Under the pieces are notes generated by a model, which was given only the letters and a program-made list of their open reading frames with translations, made no database searches and had not been told where the DNA came from. From Prasinococcaceae sp. CCMP 1430 (Eukaryota; Plantae; Prasinodermophyta), in contig RQSC01000028.1 of NCBI GenBank assembly GCA_013416795.1, forward strand, positions 276,480 through 340,479: 64,000 nucleotides of DNA, given 5' to 3'. The position numbers were made by a program, and so were the translations under genes. This document shows positions 1 through 10,394 of the stretch, piece by piece. Position 1 is the first letter of the stretch; every line of letters starts with the position of its first letter.

Positions 1-731
1 CGCGCGCGCGCAACTCTGCCGGTTTTGCCGCGTTCAACAAAGCGCGCGCCCGCGTCTCCGAAAGCGGATCAAATCCTGGTCTCTTCACGCCCAATCGCAC
101 CCCGCGCCGCCCACTTTTCGACACCGAGACACTCACAAAAGAATCCACCCTGGGCCCACACCTTTCCGCATTCTCCCATTCGATTGAAGGCCTGCTTCCG
201 AACGACTGGAAAGAGCTTTTTTTGATTTCGATTTGTTGGTGGATGGGCTTTTTCGCCGGGGCGGTCCGCGGGCGGAGAGGTCCGGGCGAACCTCGCGCGT
301 TTCCCAGACGGGGAATTCGGCGCGCGTCCGGCGAAGTCGAGAAGGGGCCGGAAGCGAGCGCGCGCGGAGTGGGTGCCACACAGCGCGCGCGCGCTGCTGC
401 CGGCGGCGGCGCCCCCCCCCGTCTGCTCCCCGGCCCGCACGGCGCGACCGGAACCGTGGGGCGAGCTGTTGGGTGAAGGGGGCGCTGCGGCGGGCGGCGC
501 CCGCAGGGGAGGCAGCGGGGGGCGGGCGGACGGGTGGCGGCCCGCCGCGTTGTCCTTCCCCTGAGAATATTGGCGGGAGAAACGTGTGCGCGTGGGTGAA
601 GCGGGGTGGGGCGTGGTTGACCGCTCACGGGCTCGCGTGCGCGCCCGGGAAGGGGCGCGCACCGTCGCGCCGCGCGCACCCCGCGCGCGCTCTTTCTGCC
701 GCAACCGCGGGCGGCGCCAACAACGGCCGCG

Positions 732-2693
732 ATGGCCGGCGGCGCGCCGCAGCTGCCGCTGCCGGACTCCTGTCCCGTGCTGCAGCTCGGATACCCTAGC
801 CCCTGCGTGTTCCACTGGGCGGGCGGCGCTGCGTCCCTCGTGTTCGCGTTCGTGGTGGGCGCGCCGCTCATCTGGAAGTGGCCCAAGGGCATCGCGTCGC
901 TCGCGCCGGCCGGCCAGGCGCGGCTGTGGGCGTGCGCCATCGCGTGCTCGGTGATATGCGTCGCGCTCTTCACGCGCGTCGTGCTTGCGGCCGCGGACAA
1001 AGGCGGTGGGGGCTTCAGGCTGACGCCGCACAGCGTGTTCTGGCATGTTTCGGCGGCGTTGGCTTACTGGGCGATGGGCCGCACGCTGCAGCTCCAGCCG
1101 CCTGCGGAGGATCCACCAGGGAAGTTCCGGCCCATCGCAATGCGCGTGTGGCTGCTCTTCTCGAGCCTGCTCGCGTGCGCGCAGGGCGTCGCCGCGGTGC
1201 TGGTGCTTGAGGGACGCGACCAGTATAACTTCCCGCGCGGCGAGGTGATGGATGCCGCGCTGGAGTCATTCATGTCGCCCCTGGCAGCGTCCATCGGATG
1301 CTTCGGCCTCGTGACCAATGCGATCTGGCCGGCGCCCGGGGACCTCAGCGAGATGGCGACGCTCGTGGCCGCCACTGGCGGCAACGAGCCGTACTGGAAC
1401 ACGCGCCGCGTGGTGCGCTCCGTGTGGTCGTTCCTCGTCGTGCCGGGCACCGTCGTCTTCATGCCGCTCATCATCTGGAAGATGGTGCAGGCGGAACAGA
1501 ACGCGGATGTGATCGCGTGGTGGGTTGCCGGTCTGTTCTCCATGCTCGCGCTGCCCATTTCGTTCTACGGCGTGTCCCAGCACCTTACGAACTGGAGCAA
1601 GCCGTGCCAGCAGCGCCACATCGTTCGGCTGCTGTGGATGGTGCCCATATACAGTATCAACGCGTGGTTCGGGTTGCGCTTCCACCGCACAGCCATCTAC
1701 CTCGACACGATCCGCGAGTGCTACGAGGCGTACGTGGTTTACTCCTTCTTCATGTTCCTTGTCAACTACCTGGAGGAGCAGCACGGCAACGTCGCGGCGC
1801 TGCTGGCCACCAAGCGGCCCCAGAACCACTTGTGGCCCATGAACTGGGTGCTGCCGCAGTGGCGCAACGGCACGCCCTTCCTGAACAACTGCAAGGCCGG
1901 TGTGCTCAACTACGTCGTGGTGCGCCCCACGCTCACGGTGCTGGCGCTCATCCTGCAGGCCTTCGGCGTGTACTCCGAGGGCGATCTGTCGCCCGACAAG
2001 GGCTACCTGTACATATCGCTCATCTTCAACTTCTCGCAGATGTGGGCGATTTACTGCTTGGTGATGCTCTACTACGCCGTGCGCGAGGACCTCGCGCCCA
2101 TCAAACCGATCTCCAAATTCCTCTGCGTGAAGTTGATCGTCTTCTTCACCTGGTGGCAGGGTCTATTCATCTCGATTTTGGAGAGGGAAGGTCTCCTCAA
2201 CAAGTTCAACCCGAGCTGGAGCGAGCTCCAGGTGGACACCATCGCCGCTGGGCTGCAGGACTTCATCATCTGCTTCGAGATGTTCTTTTTCTCGCTCGCG
2301 CACGCGTACTCGTTCCCGGCCAAGCCCTACGTGACGGAGCAGCGCGAGGAGCGCACGCTGATGGCATCAATACGTGACATGTTCGACGTGCAGGACGTGT
2401 ACAAGGACCTCCGAGAGGCGCCGCCCGTGCGCGTTGTGGGCGGCATCGCCGACGGCGTGACGCGCGTCGGTAACGAGCTCACCACGGGCATCGCCGACAC
2501 GTCGCGTGCGATGGTGGAGGGCGTCAAGGGCGCGGCGGACAGCTTCGCAACCATGGCCATCCCCAAGTACCGCTCGACGCGCCACAAGCAGAAGGGCGAG
2601 CTGCCCGAGAAGGAGCGTCTGTTGGACGACTCGCTGTCGGGCGGCTCCGACGGCGACGCTTCTTCCACGCGCTCGTTGAGGAGAGAAGACTGA
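732..2693 (+). CDS. TMEM184: TMEM184/OST-alpha (DUF300, LAZ1-like) multipass membrane protein with an extra N-terminal transmembrane region
   Basis: Single 653-aa ORF. From about aa 255 it shows family motifs: QHLTNWSKPCQQRHIVRLLWMVPIYS, IRECYEAYVVYSFF, CKAGVLNYVVVRP, KPISKFLCVKLIVFFTWWQG, LQDFIICFEMFFFSLAHAYSFP. Confidence 0.85.
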   Translation: MAGGAPQLPLPDSCPVLQLGYPSPCVFHWAGGAASLVFAFVVGAPLIWKWPKGIASLAPAGQARLWACAIACSVICVALFTRVVLAAADKGGGGFRLTPHSVFWHVSAALAYWAMGRTLQLQPPAEDPPGKFRPIAMRVWLLFSSLLACAQGVAAVLVLEGRDQYNFPRGEVMDAALESFMSPLAASIGCFGLVTNAIWPAPGDLSEMATLVAATGGNEPYWNTRRVVRSVWSFLVVPGTVVFMPLIIWKMVQAEQNADVIAWWVAGLFSMLALPISFYGVSQHLTNWSKPCQQRHIVRLLWMVPIYSINAWFGLRFHRTAIYLDTIRECYEAYVVYSFFMFLVNYLEEQHGNVAALLATKRPQNHLWPMNWVLPQWRNGTPFLNNCKAGVLNYVVVRPTLTVLALILQAFGVYSEGDLSPDKGYLYISLIFNFSQMWAIYCLVMLYYAVREDLAPIKPISKFLCVKLIVFFTWWQGLFISILEREGLLNKFNPSWSELQVDTIAAGLQDFIICFEMFFFSLAHAYSFPAKPYVTEQREERTLMASIRDMFDVQDVYKDLREAPPVRVVGGIADGVTRVGNELTTGIADTSRAMVEGVKGAADSFATMAIPKYRSTRHKQKGELPEKERLLDDSLSGGSDGDASSTRSLRRED

Positions 2694-2887
2694 GGCGCGA
2701 GCACAACGTTCCTGTAATAACCCCGACCCCTTTTTTGCCCCGCGCGCACTCTCTCGCGGTGAGCCTCCGTCATGCTGCGCAGAGCGCGTCCTGCGTTAGA
2801 CCGAGCTGTAGGATGATGTACTGATACTGTATTAGGCGCAGGCATGCTTCAGCCAGCCCAGCGCATTTATTAGCGAGTTGAACGTGG

Positions 2888-4126
2888 CTACTGCGTGCCA
2901 CTTGGCCCGGCACCGCCCCCACTGCCGCCCGCGCCGCCACCGGCCACGGCCGCTAGCGGTGCATCCGCCTCGGCGAGTGCTGCCTTGCCGTCTGCGTCCG
3001 CTACAGCGTCAGCTCCCTCCTCTTCCTCGATGGGCACCTCTTCCTCGAGGATCTCCACCTTTACCGAGCTAGGTAATCCGCCCTGCAGGATATCTTGCAC
3101 ATCGTTCTGGACAGCACGGATGGTGCGACGGTGGGCGGTGCGCTGCGCGTGCGTCGCATCCGCACCGCCGCCGAGCGCCTTGCGAAAGCGCCGCCGGCGG
3201 ATGTTGGTGGTCGCGTTGGTCACACCATGGCGGCACTCGCCGTCCTTGGGCGGATCGGCGCCTGACTCCTGCACTACAATGACCTGGCCCACGTCGCCGC
3301 TCTTGACCAGATCAGCATCGTTGTACGTCTTCCAGGCTTCGACGACGCATGGCAGGTCCTGCAGCGTGGCGGCGTACTCATCCCCCTCCCACACAAGAGA
3401 GCCGTGCGAGGCACCCTCGCCACCGTTCGCGGCGAGCCGCAGCTCGCTGTTCGGCAGCACACGCTCTTGCCCGCCGCGCTCGCTGAGTGCGGCGTGCGCC
3501 TTGGCCGCCAGGGCGGGCGGCAGCCGCAGGACAAATAGCTCCTCGACGCCAGGATCGCCCTGAGTGCCCCGAGGGACACGCGGTGTGCACGCGCGGCGCA
3601 CGTTAGAGCGAGCGCCACCATGCCACGCGCCCAACGCACGCTCGCGCACTGTCTTCAGATGCGGTAAAGAACATGGCGCGCGTGCGCACGCGCGAGTCTC
3701 CCTCTGTCACGTGATACATACCTCCTTGAATCCACTGCTCTTCTTCGTTTTCTTCTTGGGTTGCTCCTCCGCGGCCATCGTCCCTACCTGGGGCGCGGTC
3801 ACGGTCACGGCGGGCGCGGTCATCGTCCCAGGCGCGGGTGCCGCTACCGCCGAAGTAGGAGCCACCACTATGGGCGCAGGCGTCCCCGCCGGGGGCATCA
3901 CCCCGGCATGCACGGGCGCCGCAGCCACAGGCGCCGTCGTTGCGGCAGCTGGTGCCCCAAGCGCCGCCGCCGGCGCCGCTGCCTCCGCTGCCTCCACTAC
4001 CTCCCCCTCTCTCACGCCAGGAGTATCGGCGAGCCGCTGCTCCTGCGGCACCTGCTGTGTCTGCGCCTGCGTCTGCGGGGCAGCCTCAAGGGCACCGCCT
4101 GCCGCAGGCGGCTGTGCGTCCTCCAT
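2888..4126 (-). CDS. TAF7: TFIID subunit 7 (TAFII55 N-terminal domain), 2 exons (4126-3722, 3559-2888)
   Basis: EELFVLRLP and AATLQDLPCVVEAWKTYNDADLVKSGDVGQVIVV match TAFII55_N. The GAG|gtatgt donor at 3721, CTAAC branch and cag acceptor at 3560 join the exons in frame. ATG at 4126 follows into an Ala/Pro-rich N-terminus. Confidence 0.85.
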
Positions 4127-4424
4127 ACCTAAGCCTGCGGATGCGGCTGAACACCGCGCTGCGGGCGCAACGCGCGTCCTCAACCGCACCCCCTTCCCAC
4201 GCCGATCGGAGTGGTCCGAGGCGGGCTCAGCACATACCCCGCGTCCACCCCTCCCGTGCCTGGCCCCGCGGCCGCGCCTCCGCCGCGCGCGCTGTGTGGC
4301 CGGGCGCGGCGGCGCCTGCGTTTCGGCACGTGTCTTTTTCCCTCATCCAGCGGCAAAAGTTCCGTGGCCGGTGCGGGTTGCGACACGCCACACACTGCGG
4401 GTGCCGCGCAGCGTGCCCACAGCC

Positions 4425-6297
4425 ATGGCCGGCGGCCGCGGCCGCAGCCGCGGCCGCAGCCATGTGTGGGCGCCACTGCGCGCGCTCCTCGCAGCGGCGA
4501 TGCTCGCGGCGCTAGCGAGCGACGGGGGGGGGGGTGCGCGGGCGCGCGGCAGGCAGCATGGCAGGCAGCGTGAGCGTGGCGGTCGCTGGGGCATTGCCGC
4601 CGCCGATGCTTACCTGCTGATCGCGCAGCCCAAGGCGGCCTCCTCGTCGCTGCTGGCGACGCTCGAGGCTGTGTGTGGAAAGGGGGGGAAGCAGCTGTTT
4701 GCCAAGCGTATGGGTGTCACCTCATCGGACACTCGCGCGATGGACGCCGCCGACGCGATGTATGCGCAAGGGCAGCTCACGACGGAGTTCAAGGAGGCAC
4801 CCAGTTCCTCATCGGCCAAGTTCAAGCGATTGGTCGCCAACGGCAGCTACCCACCCGTGTACAAGATAGTCGGGTCGTCCGGCGCGCCATGTCCGCGCGA
4901 CGACCTCATCCGCGCGACGGGTACCGCTCTCGAGCTGCTTGCCGGTGCCGAGGCCGCCAACGCCCGGTGGATGGCTGCGCATGGGGGCATCACGGGCTTT
5001 GCCCAGATGGATCCCGAGGTCTGCGCCTCCAGCCGCAAGACCTTCAATATCTACGGAAAGGTGGACGGGCCGCACGTGCAGGACCCCGACTCGTGCTATG
5101 GTAACCTCCCGCACTCAGACATGTGGGACGTAGGCCTACCCCTGATGGACCAGTGGACGTCCAAAGACTACATCTACAAGCAGCACACCCCGCCGTCGCC
5201 GCGCAACACGCGTGCGCTGGAGCGCGTGATGGAGGCACGCGGGGTCGGGGTAGGATTGTTGTTGCGCGACCCGCTGGCCTCATTGGCCGGCTACGTGCGC
5301 ACGATGGCCAATGAAAGCTGGTCTCAGCAGGTCGTCGGACGGGACAAGGCTGCCGCGCCGTCGAGGGCAGTGCAGGGCGGTGCCCGCGCCCACTTGCCAA
5401 GACCGATGCGAGCCGCGCGTTCGTCTTATACGACAGCGGCTGCCAGTGGGGGTGCCACCACAAGAGATCAGGGCGAATGCCGCGATTTTTCGCGACGCTG
5501 CTCGCTTTTTCGTAGCTCGTGCAACGCCACGCAAACACAAGCCTCGGCCACCACAAGCGCCGAAACGGGCAAGCGCATGTACGCCGAGTACAACTGCCGA
5601 CGCACATGTGGCTTCTGCACCGACGACGACATGGCGACAGACAATGGCCCGGCAAGACGCGCGCTGTCACGCGTGTCGCGCGTAGGTGGCCAGGCGTTGG
5701 TGCGACCGATGGATCAGCTGGGTCCGGCGCTGCATATGGATACAAGAGTGCGCCGTGAGCTGCTCTCCGACGCCGCCAGCAGCTGGAAGGGCTCGCGCAC
5801 CATCTCCGTGTGCCGCTTGGCTAATTCATTGGCCAGTCTCATCCTTTGGAACGAAGGCTGGCAGCGCTTTGCCGAGCGGCATCCAGATCGGGTATCAATC
5901 GTGCGCTATGCAGACATCACCTCGGCGGAGAAGGTGTGGCGCGCACGGGCATGCGGGCTTGCCGCACAGAGGTAGCATCCGCGCAGCGCGCAGCGGCGCG
6001 CGCGCGCCCGCAGTGTGCGTATTCGCACGAGCATTGCTGACACATGCGCACACACAGGGCAACTGCGGCACGTACAAGAATCTGGTTCAATCGATGGGCA
6101 TGTCAGAGTGCGCCGAGGGTATCGAGCACAACCGCACGGCCGCGCAGCGCCAAGGGAAGGAGTGCTCGATCGAATTGGAGCGCGAGCGATATACGGGCGA
6201 CCACTCGAAGGCATCACTCGCGCTCGTCGCGGCTGCGAGAGATATCGCAGCACAGCAGCACCACCAGCAGCAGCAGCAGGGGCAGGGGCAGGGATAG
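4425..6297 (+). CDS. Signal-anchored sulfotransferase-fold (P-loop-like) protein with an internal ShK-like domain, 2 exons (4425-5933, 6058-6297)
   Basis: Hydrophobic N-terminal anchor. 5'PSB-like YLLIAQPKAASSSL, 3'PB-like LLLRDPLAS and C-terminal IVRYADI. Six-Cys segment CRDFSRRC...CRRTCGFC at 5478-5618. The AAG|gt donor (5934), gctgac branch and cag acceptor (6057) are in frame. Confidence 0.6.
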
Positions 6298-6457
6298 GTG
6301 GAGCAGCATAGCCTCAGAGCTCAAAGCCCCAATAACATCACATTCATGCGCATCACAAATGCGTGGCGGCGCCCAGCAGCGCGTTGAGTTGAGTGCGTGC
6401 GTGCGCACCCAGCGGTGCACCCGCGCTACCAGCGGTCTGCGCCATCCACGCGCAACC

Positions 6458-7192
6458 TCATCGCCCCGCCGCGACAGCGTCGCAAGCATCCTCGAGAGAA
6501 GCATACAGCCCCACGTTGCGGGCATCCGCGAGCGCCTGCGGCAGCTTCTGGCGCGCAGGATCGGCACCGACGAATGCAAGGCGCGGGATGAAGCGGCGAA
6601 GCGTCTCGACGCACGCCGCATCGGCACTCACGACGCACTGAGCCTCGAGTTGGCGCGCCATGGAGGACACTCCCACGGCGGTCTCACAGAAGAGCAATTC
6701 GGCATTGGCCGCGATGCCCGCGGAGTCGAGGAGCGCGCGGATGCCGAGCTCGGTCTCGTCGTCTGCGACCTGCGTCACGAGGTAGAGGGTCGCGCCAGCC
6801 GCCGCGAGCTTACCCAACGCCTCTGGCGCACCCTCCGCCACGCTGTGGTCTGCGGACAGCTCATCCACAGTGCGCTGCTCGAGCACGGTACCCAGGCAGG
6901 AGACCAGCGCCACACCTACGCCGCGCGGCCTGCCTGCTGCAACTCCGCGGGCGCCCGCCGCCTGGGTGCCAACCCCGCGCCGCGCAGGCTGTGTGAGTCC
7001 CGCACCGCGGCCCGTGCCGCTGCCACTCGCGCCGTCGCCGGGGGCGGCCTCGCCATGCGCGGGCGACCTGCCGCGGCGCGAGAGCCACGAGACCGCCACC
7101 AGCGCCAACAGCACCCCGACCGCGCCCGCCCAGCCGTTGTTTTGCGCCCACCAGCGCAGACACGCGCCAAGCAGCCCGCCCCCCGCGACCAT
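6458..7192 (-). CDS. PEX22: Plant-type peroxisome biogenesis protein 22
   Basis: N-terminal TM segment, then LGTVLEQRTVDEL, LYLVTQVADDETE and LLFCETAVGVSSMARQLE...LRRFIP, which parallel plant PEX22 motifs. ATG chosen at 7192. Confidence 0.8.
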   Translation of the reverse strand: MVAGGGLLGACLRWWAQNNGWAGAVGVLLALVAVSWLSRRGRSPAHGEAAPGDGASGSGTGRGAGLTQPARRGVGTQAAGARGVAAGRPRGVGVALVSCLGTVLEQRTVDELSADHSVAEGAPEALGKLAAAGATLYLVTQVADDETELGIRALLDSAGIAANAELLFCETAVGVSSMARQLEAQCVVSADAACVETLRRFIPRLAFVGADPARQKLPQALADARNVGLYASLEDACDAVAAGR

Positions 7193-7875
7193 CGCGCACG
7201 CCAGCTCGGTTCGCAACCCGCCTCGGCGCGAGCGCGCCCCCTCCCTCTCCTCTCCTTGGACGGTGCGCTTCGCACACCGCCGGTGCGATACGAGAGCGGC
7301 CCCCACTTGAGCCCGCCCCGGCACTCACCCCACCCCCCACCCTGCGGACGCCACTGAGCCGAATCGGACCCGCCGGCGCCGCTCCCTGCCGTCACCTCCC
7401 CCGCGCGCGCGCGCCGCGCGCCCCTCAACCCGCAGCCCGGAACCCTCGGATTCGACGAAAGATTCCGAATATTATGGAATCCCTAACGTCAAATAACATT
7501 TATCTCACTCATGGAATCCATCACGGATTCCGCCTCGCGTCCGCTGCGCGATCCGCCGGCCGCGCCGCAGCGCGCGCGCCGCGGCGCTCGGGGATGCCAC
7601 CGCCGCCGGAGCCAAGCGGGCGGCGAGCGCGGGGCCGGGCGACGGTTCGCCGGCCGCCCGGCATTTCGGGGCGCGACTCCGCATCAAACCCAACACGGAT
7701 TGATCTGCGTCGCGCATCTTTTTTTCCCCTTCGTTTCGGCACGCGGGGCCGATGCTGCCGGGAGCGCGTGCCGGGGGCGGGGGCCACAGTCGCGCGGCAG
7801 CACACCGCGCGCGACACGCGCCCCCCCCCTGCCTCGCCCGCCCGCCCGCCCGCGCGCGCGCTCCCGCCTGTGGCG

Positions 7876-8488
7876 ATGGCGTCCGGCTACCTGCGCTACC
7901 TGTTCAACCGCGAGCCGCAGAAGATGCTGCTCTCCTCCGTGGCGCTCGTGGGAACGATGGGCTACTTCCTCAAGGTGGGCGCCCACCGCGTGAGCGACCG
8001 GGCGCACGCGATCGCCACGGAGTCGGCGCTGCGGGCGGCCGACGAGCGCATGGCCGCGGCGGAGAAGGGCGTGGAGGAGCACTACGCGAGCGCCAGGCGG
8101 GCGGAGGAGATGGTCAAGCTCGGCACCAGGTGAGGCGCACGCGCACGCGCGTGCGCGCGCGCGTACGCATGTGTATGCGCCGCACACACTTGGATTTAGG
8201 GTGCGGCTCAGCAAGGGCGCAGCCGCGTGCGGTCCCTGGGGGCGCCCGCCGCGTCTGCCGCCACGCAACGCCACACGAAGCACAGTGCGCGCGCGCGCGC
8301 GCGCGCGCGCGCGTGCTGACATGGCCGCCCGTGCGCTGCCGCGCAGTCTGCTGGACAAGGGCCTCGAGGACAAGGTGAAGATGAGCAAGGATGGCCCCTC
8401 GCAGCTCAAGAGGCTTGAGCGCGAGGTCGAGATGGCGAGGCTCGCCGTCAAGGAAGCGCGGGAGAAGGCCGCCGCCCCTGCGCACTGA
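7876..8488 (+). CDS. Small single-TM coiled-coil protein of unknown function, 2 exons (7876-8129, 8347-8488)
   Basis: The AG|gtgagg donor at 8130, gctgac branch and cag acceptor at 8346 join in frame (TS-LLDK). The intron has typical CG-repeat content and codon usage matches neighbouring genes. Confidence 0.6.
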
Positions 8489-8693
8489 GCGCCACTGAGC
8501 GCGCGCGAGCGGGCTGGCGCAGCGCGGCGTCACGTGCCCACCGCGATTTTTTGACATTCCCCAGGGTACAGAGTGCTGCGCGCAGCGCGCGTGTGCGCGC
8601 TTGAGTGAGTGCATGTGCATGTGCACGTGTGTGCGCGTATGCGCCCGCGCCTGCGTGCCCGCGTGCACGCATGTGTGCGCACGCGCGGCGGTT

Positions 8694-9364
8694 TTACGGG
8701 CGCTCGCGTGCTCGCGCGCGCTCGCCGGCGTCGGCCGCGAGCATCCCTCCCGCGTGGCGCGCGAGGACCCAGGCCTCCACCGCGCCGGCGAGCAGCCGCC
8801 CCGTCCAGCCACGCGCCGTCGCTCCGCGGCACGCCTAGAGCGCGCGCGAATGCGCCGCTGCCGCCGCCGCCGAGCGCGCACGTGGCTCCGGCCCATAGCC
8901 AGGCCGGCAGTGCGTGCAGGCCGAGCACGGCGAGCGCGCCCTGCGGCGTGCGGAAGCCGTTGGCCATCACTGCTTGCGCCCAACGCGGCGCGCCCGCGCC
9001 CACGTCCTCGCCAGCGCCCGCGCCCACGCAGCGCGCCTTCCATGCGGCGCCGTGCGTGCCGTGCGTTGCCGCAAACACACACCACTGTACGCCCGCGCGA
9101 GTCAGCGCGTCAAAGCGTCGCTCTGGTGGGGCAGCGCCCGTGTGCGTGCGTGTGCGTGCGTGCGTGCGTGTGCGTATACACGTGCGTGCGTGCGTGCGTG
9201 TGCGGTTCCTGTGTGAAGCGCACCTCGAGCGCCGGCACGAAGCCGAGCAGCGGCGCGCCCGCCCATCTCGTGACGGCCGCCGCGCGGCACCACATTGCGC
9301 CGCGGCACGCGTTATCGACGGCCACATCCAGCCATGCGCCGAAGCGCGACGTCTGCGCGCATTA

Positions 9365-9406
<42 letters not shown>

Positions 9407-9882
9407 TGGGTGTGAGCGAGAGCGAGAGCGTGAGCGAGGCGATGGACGCTGACGTCAGTACCCTTCCTGCCACCGGTTCGTCGGCGGCGGTGCGCGCCGA
9501 GGCGAGGGAGGCGCGCGTGGGAGAGTGAGTGTGTGCACGCAAGCGCACGAGCACACGTGTGCGCACGCGCATGCGTGTGCGTGGTTGTGCGTGAGCGTGT
9601 GTGTGCACGGGGCAGATGGCGCTGCTCTGCGGCCGCTGGCGTCGGCGGCGCGCAACGCGCCTGCCTGAGGCGGCGCGCCAGCCACCCGTCTACGAAGTCG
9701 AGACATGCAGCGGCCGCGTAAGCCACCGCGGCGTGCGCGACCGCCTCCGCTGCCGCCTGCCCCCCGTCCTCGCGTGCGCGCGCCTCGGCGGCGCGCGCGG
9801 AACACACCGCGTAAGCGCCGAGCGCTGCGCGCGCGTAGCACACGCAGTTCGGCGCGAGCAGCCACACGGGCGCGCGCGCCAT
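8694..9882 (-). CDS. CDP-alcohol phosphatidyltransferase family protein (PIS-like), 3 exons (9882-9661, 9352-9224, 9084-8694) with a 1-nt frame break near 8800
   Basis: Splicing reconstitutes the signature DFVDGWLARRLRQ|TSRFGAWLDVAVD. N-terminal APNCVCYAR. Downstream WCVFAATH, VMANGFRTPQGALAVLGLHALPAW, and in a shifted frame GRLLAGAVEAW. Confidence 0.8.
9366..9405. repeat. (TG)20 microsatellite inside an intron
   Basis: Directly read. Confidence 0.95.
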
Positions 9883-10118
9883 CGCCGCCGGACGCACGCG
9901 CGGCGCGCAAACCCCGCGCCCCCCTCACCCACCCACCTACCCACGCTCGCGGGCACGCGCGCGCGCACACGCCCACACCCACACGCCCACAGAAACACAC
10001 ACACGTGCGCGCGCGAGCCCGCGCACACGCGCACGTGTGCGGCGCGCGCGCACTGACACGCGACACGCGCCCGCGCTCGCGCGCCACGCGGGCGCCACGC
10101 GGGACGGGTTGTTTTGGA

Positions 10119-10149
10119 TAGGGTTAGGGTTAGGGTTAGGGTTAGGGTT
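10119..10149 (+). repeat. Interstitial TTAGGG array (about 5 units) in a divergent promoter
   Basis: tagggttagggttagggttagggttagggtt, between the CDP-alcohol transferase and TOP3A starts. Confidence 0.9.
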
Positions 10150-10394
10150 GCGTCGGGAGTGTGACTTTGAATGCGTTTTGACGTACGCTTTTTTGGCGTG
10201 CGTTTCGACGTGTGCGTTTCGAAGGCGATTCGAAAAAAGCGGAGGCGGGCGCCGAGCGCGCAGAGGCCGGAGGGAGGCAGGGTGGTACACTGCGCGCGCC
10301 GGCCGTGCCGCCGGCGCCGGCGCGGCCGGCCCCCCAACCCCCCCACCCCGTGCGCGGGGCGGCCGACGCGGGGCCCCCTGCCGCCGCCGCCGCC

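Noticed and set aside
3564-4424. N-terminal 287 aa of the listed 803-aa ORF
   Set aside because: It is the antisense of TAF7 exon 1 and promoter sequence. The signal-anchor start at ATG 4425 is more plausible.
10119-10149. TTAGGG array as a chromosome end
   Set aside because: Only about 30 bp, with intact genes on both sides.
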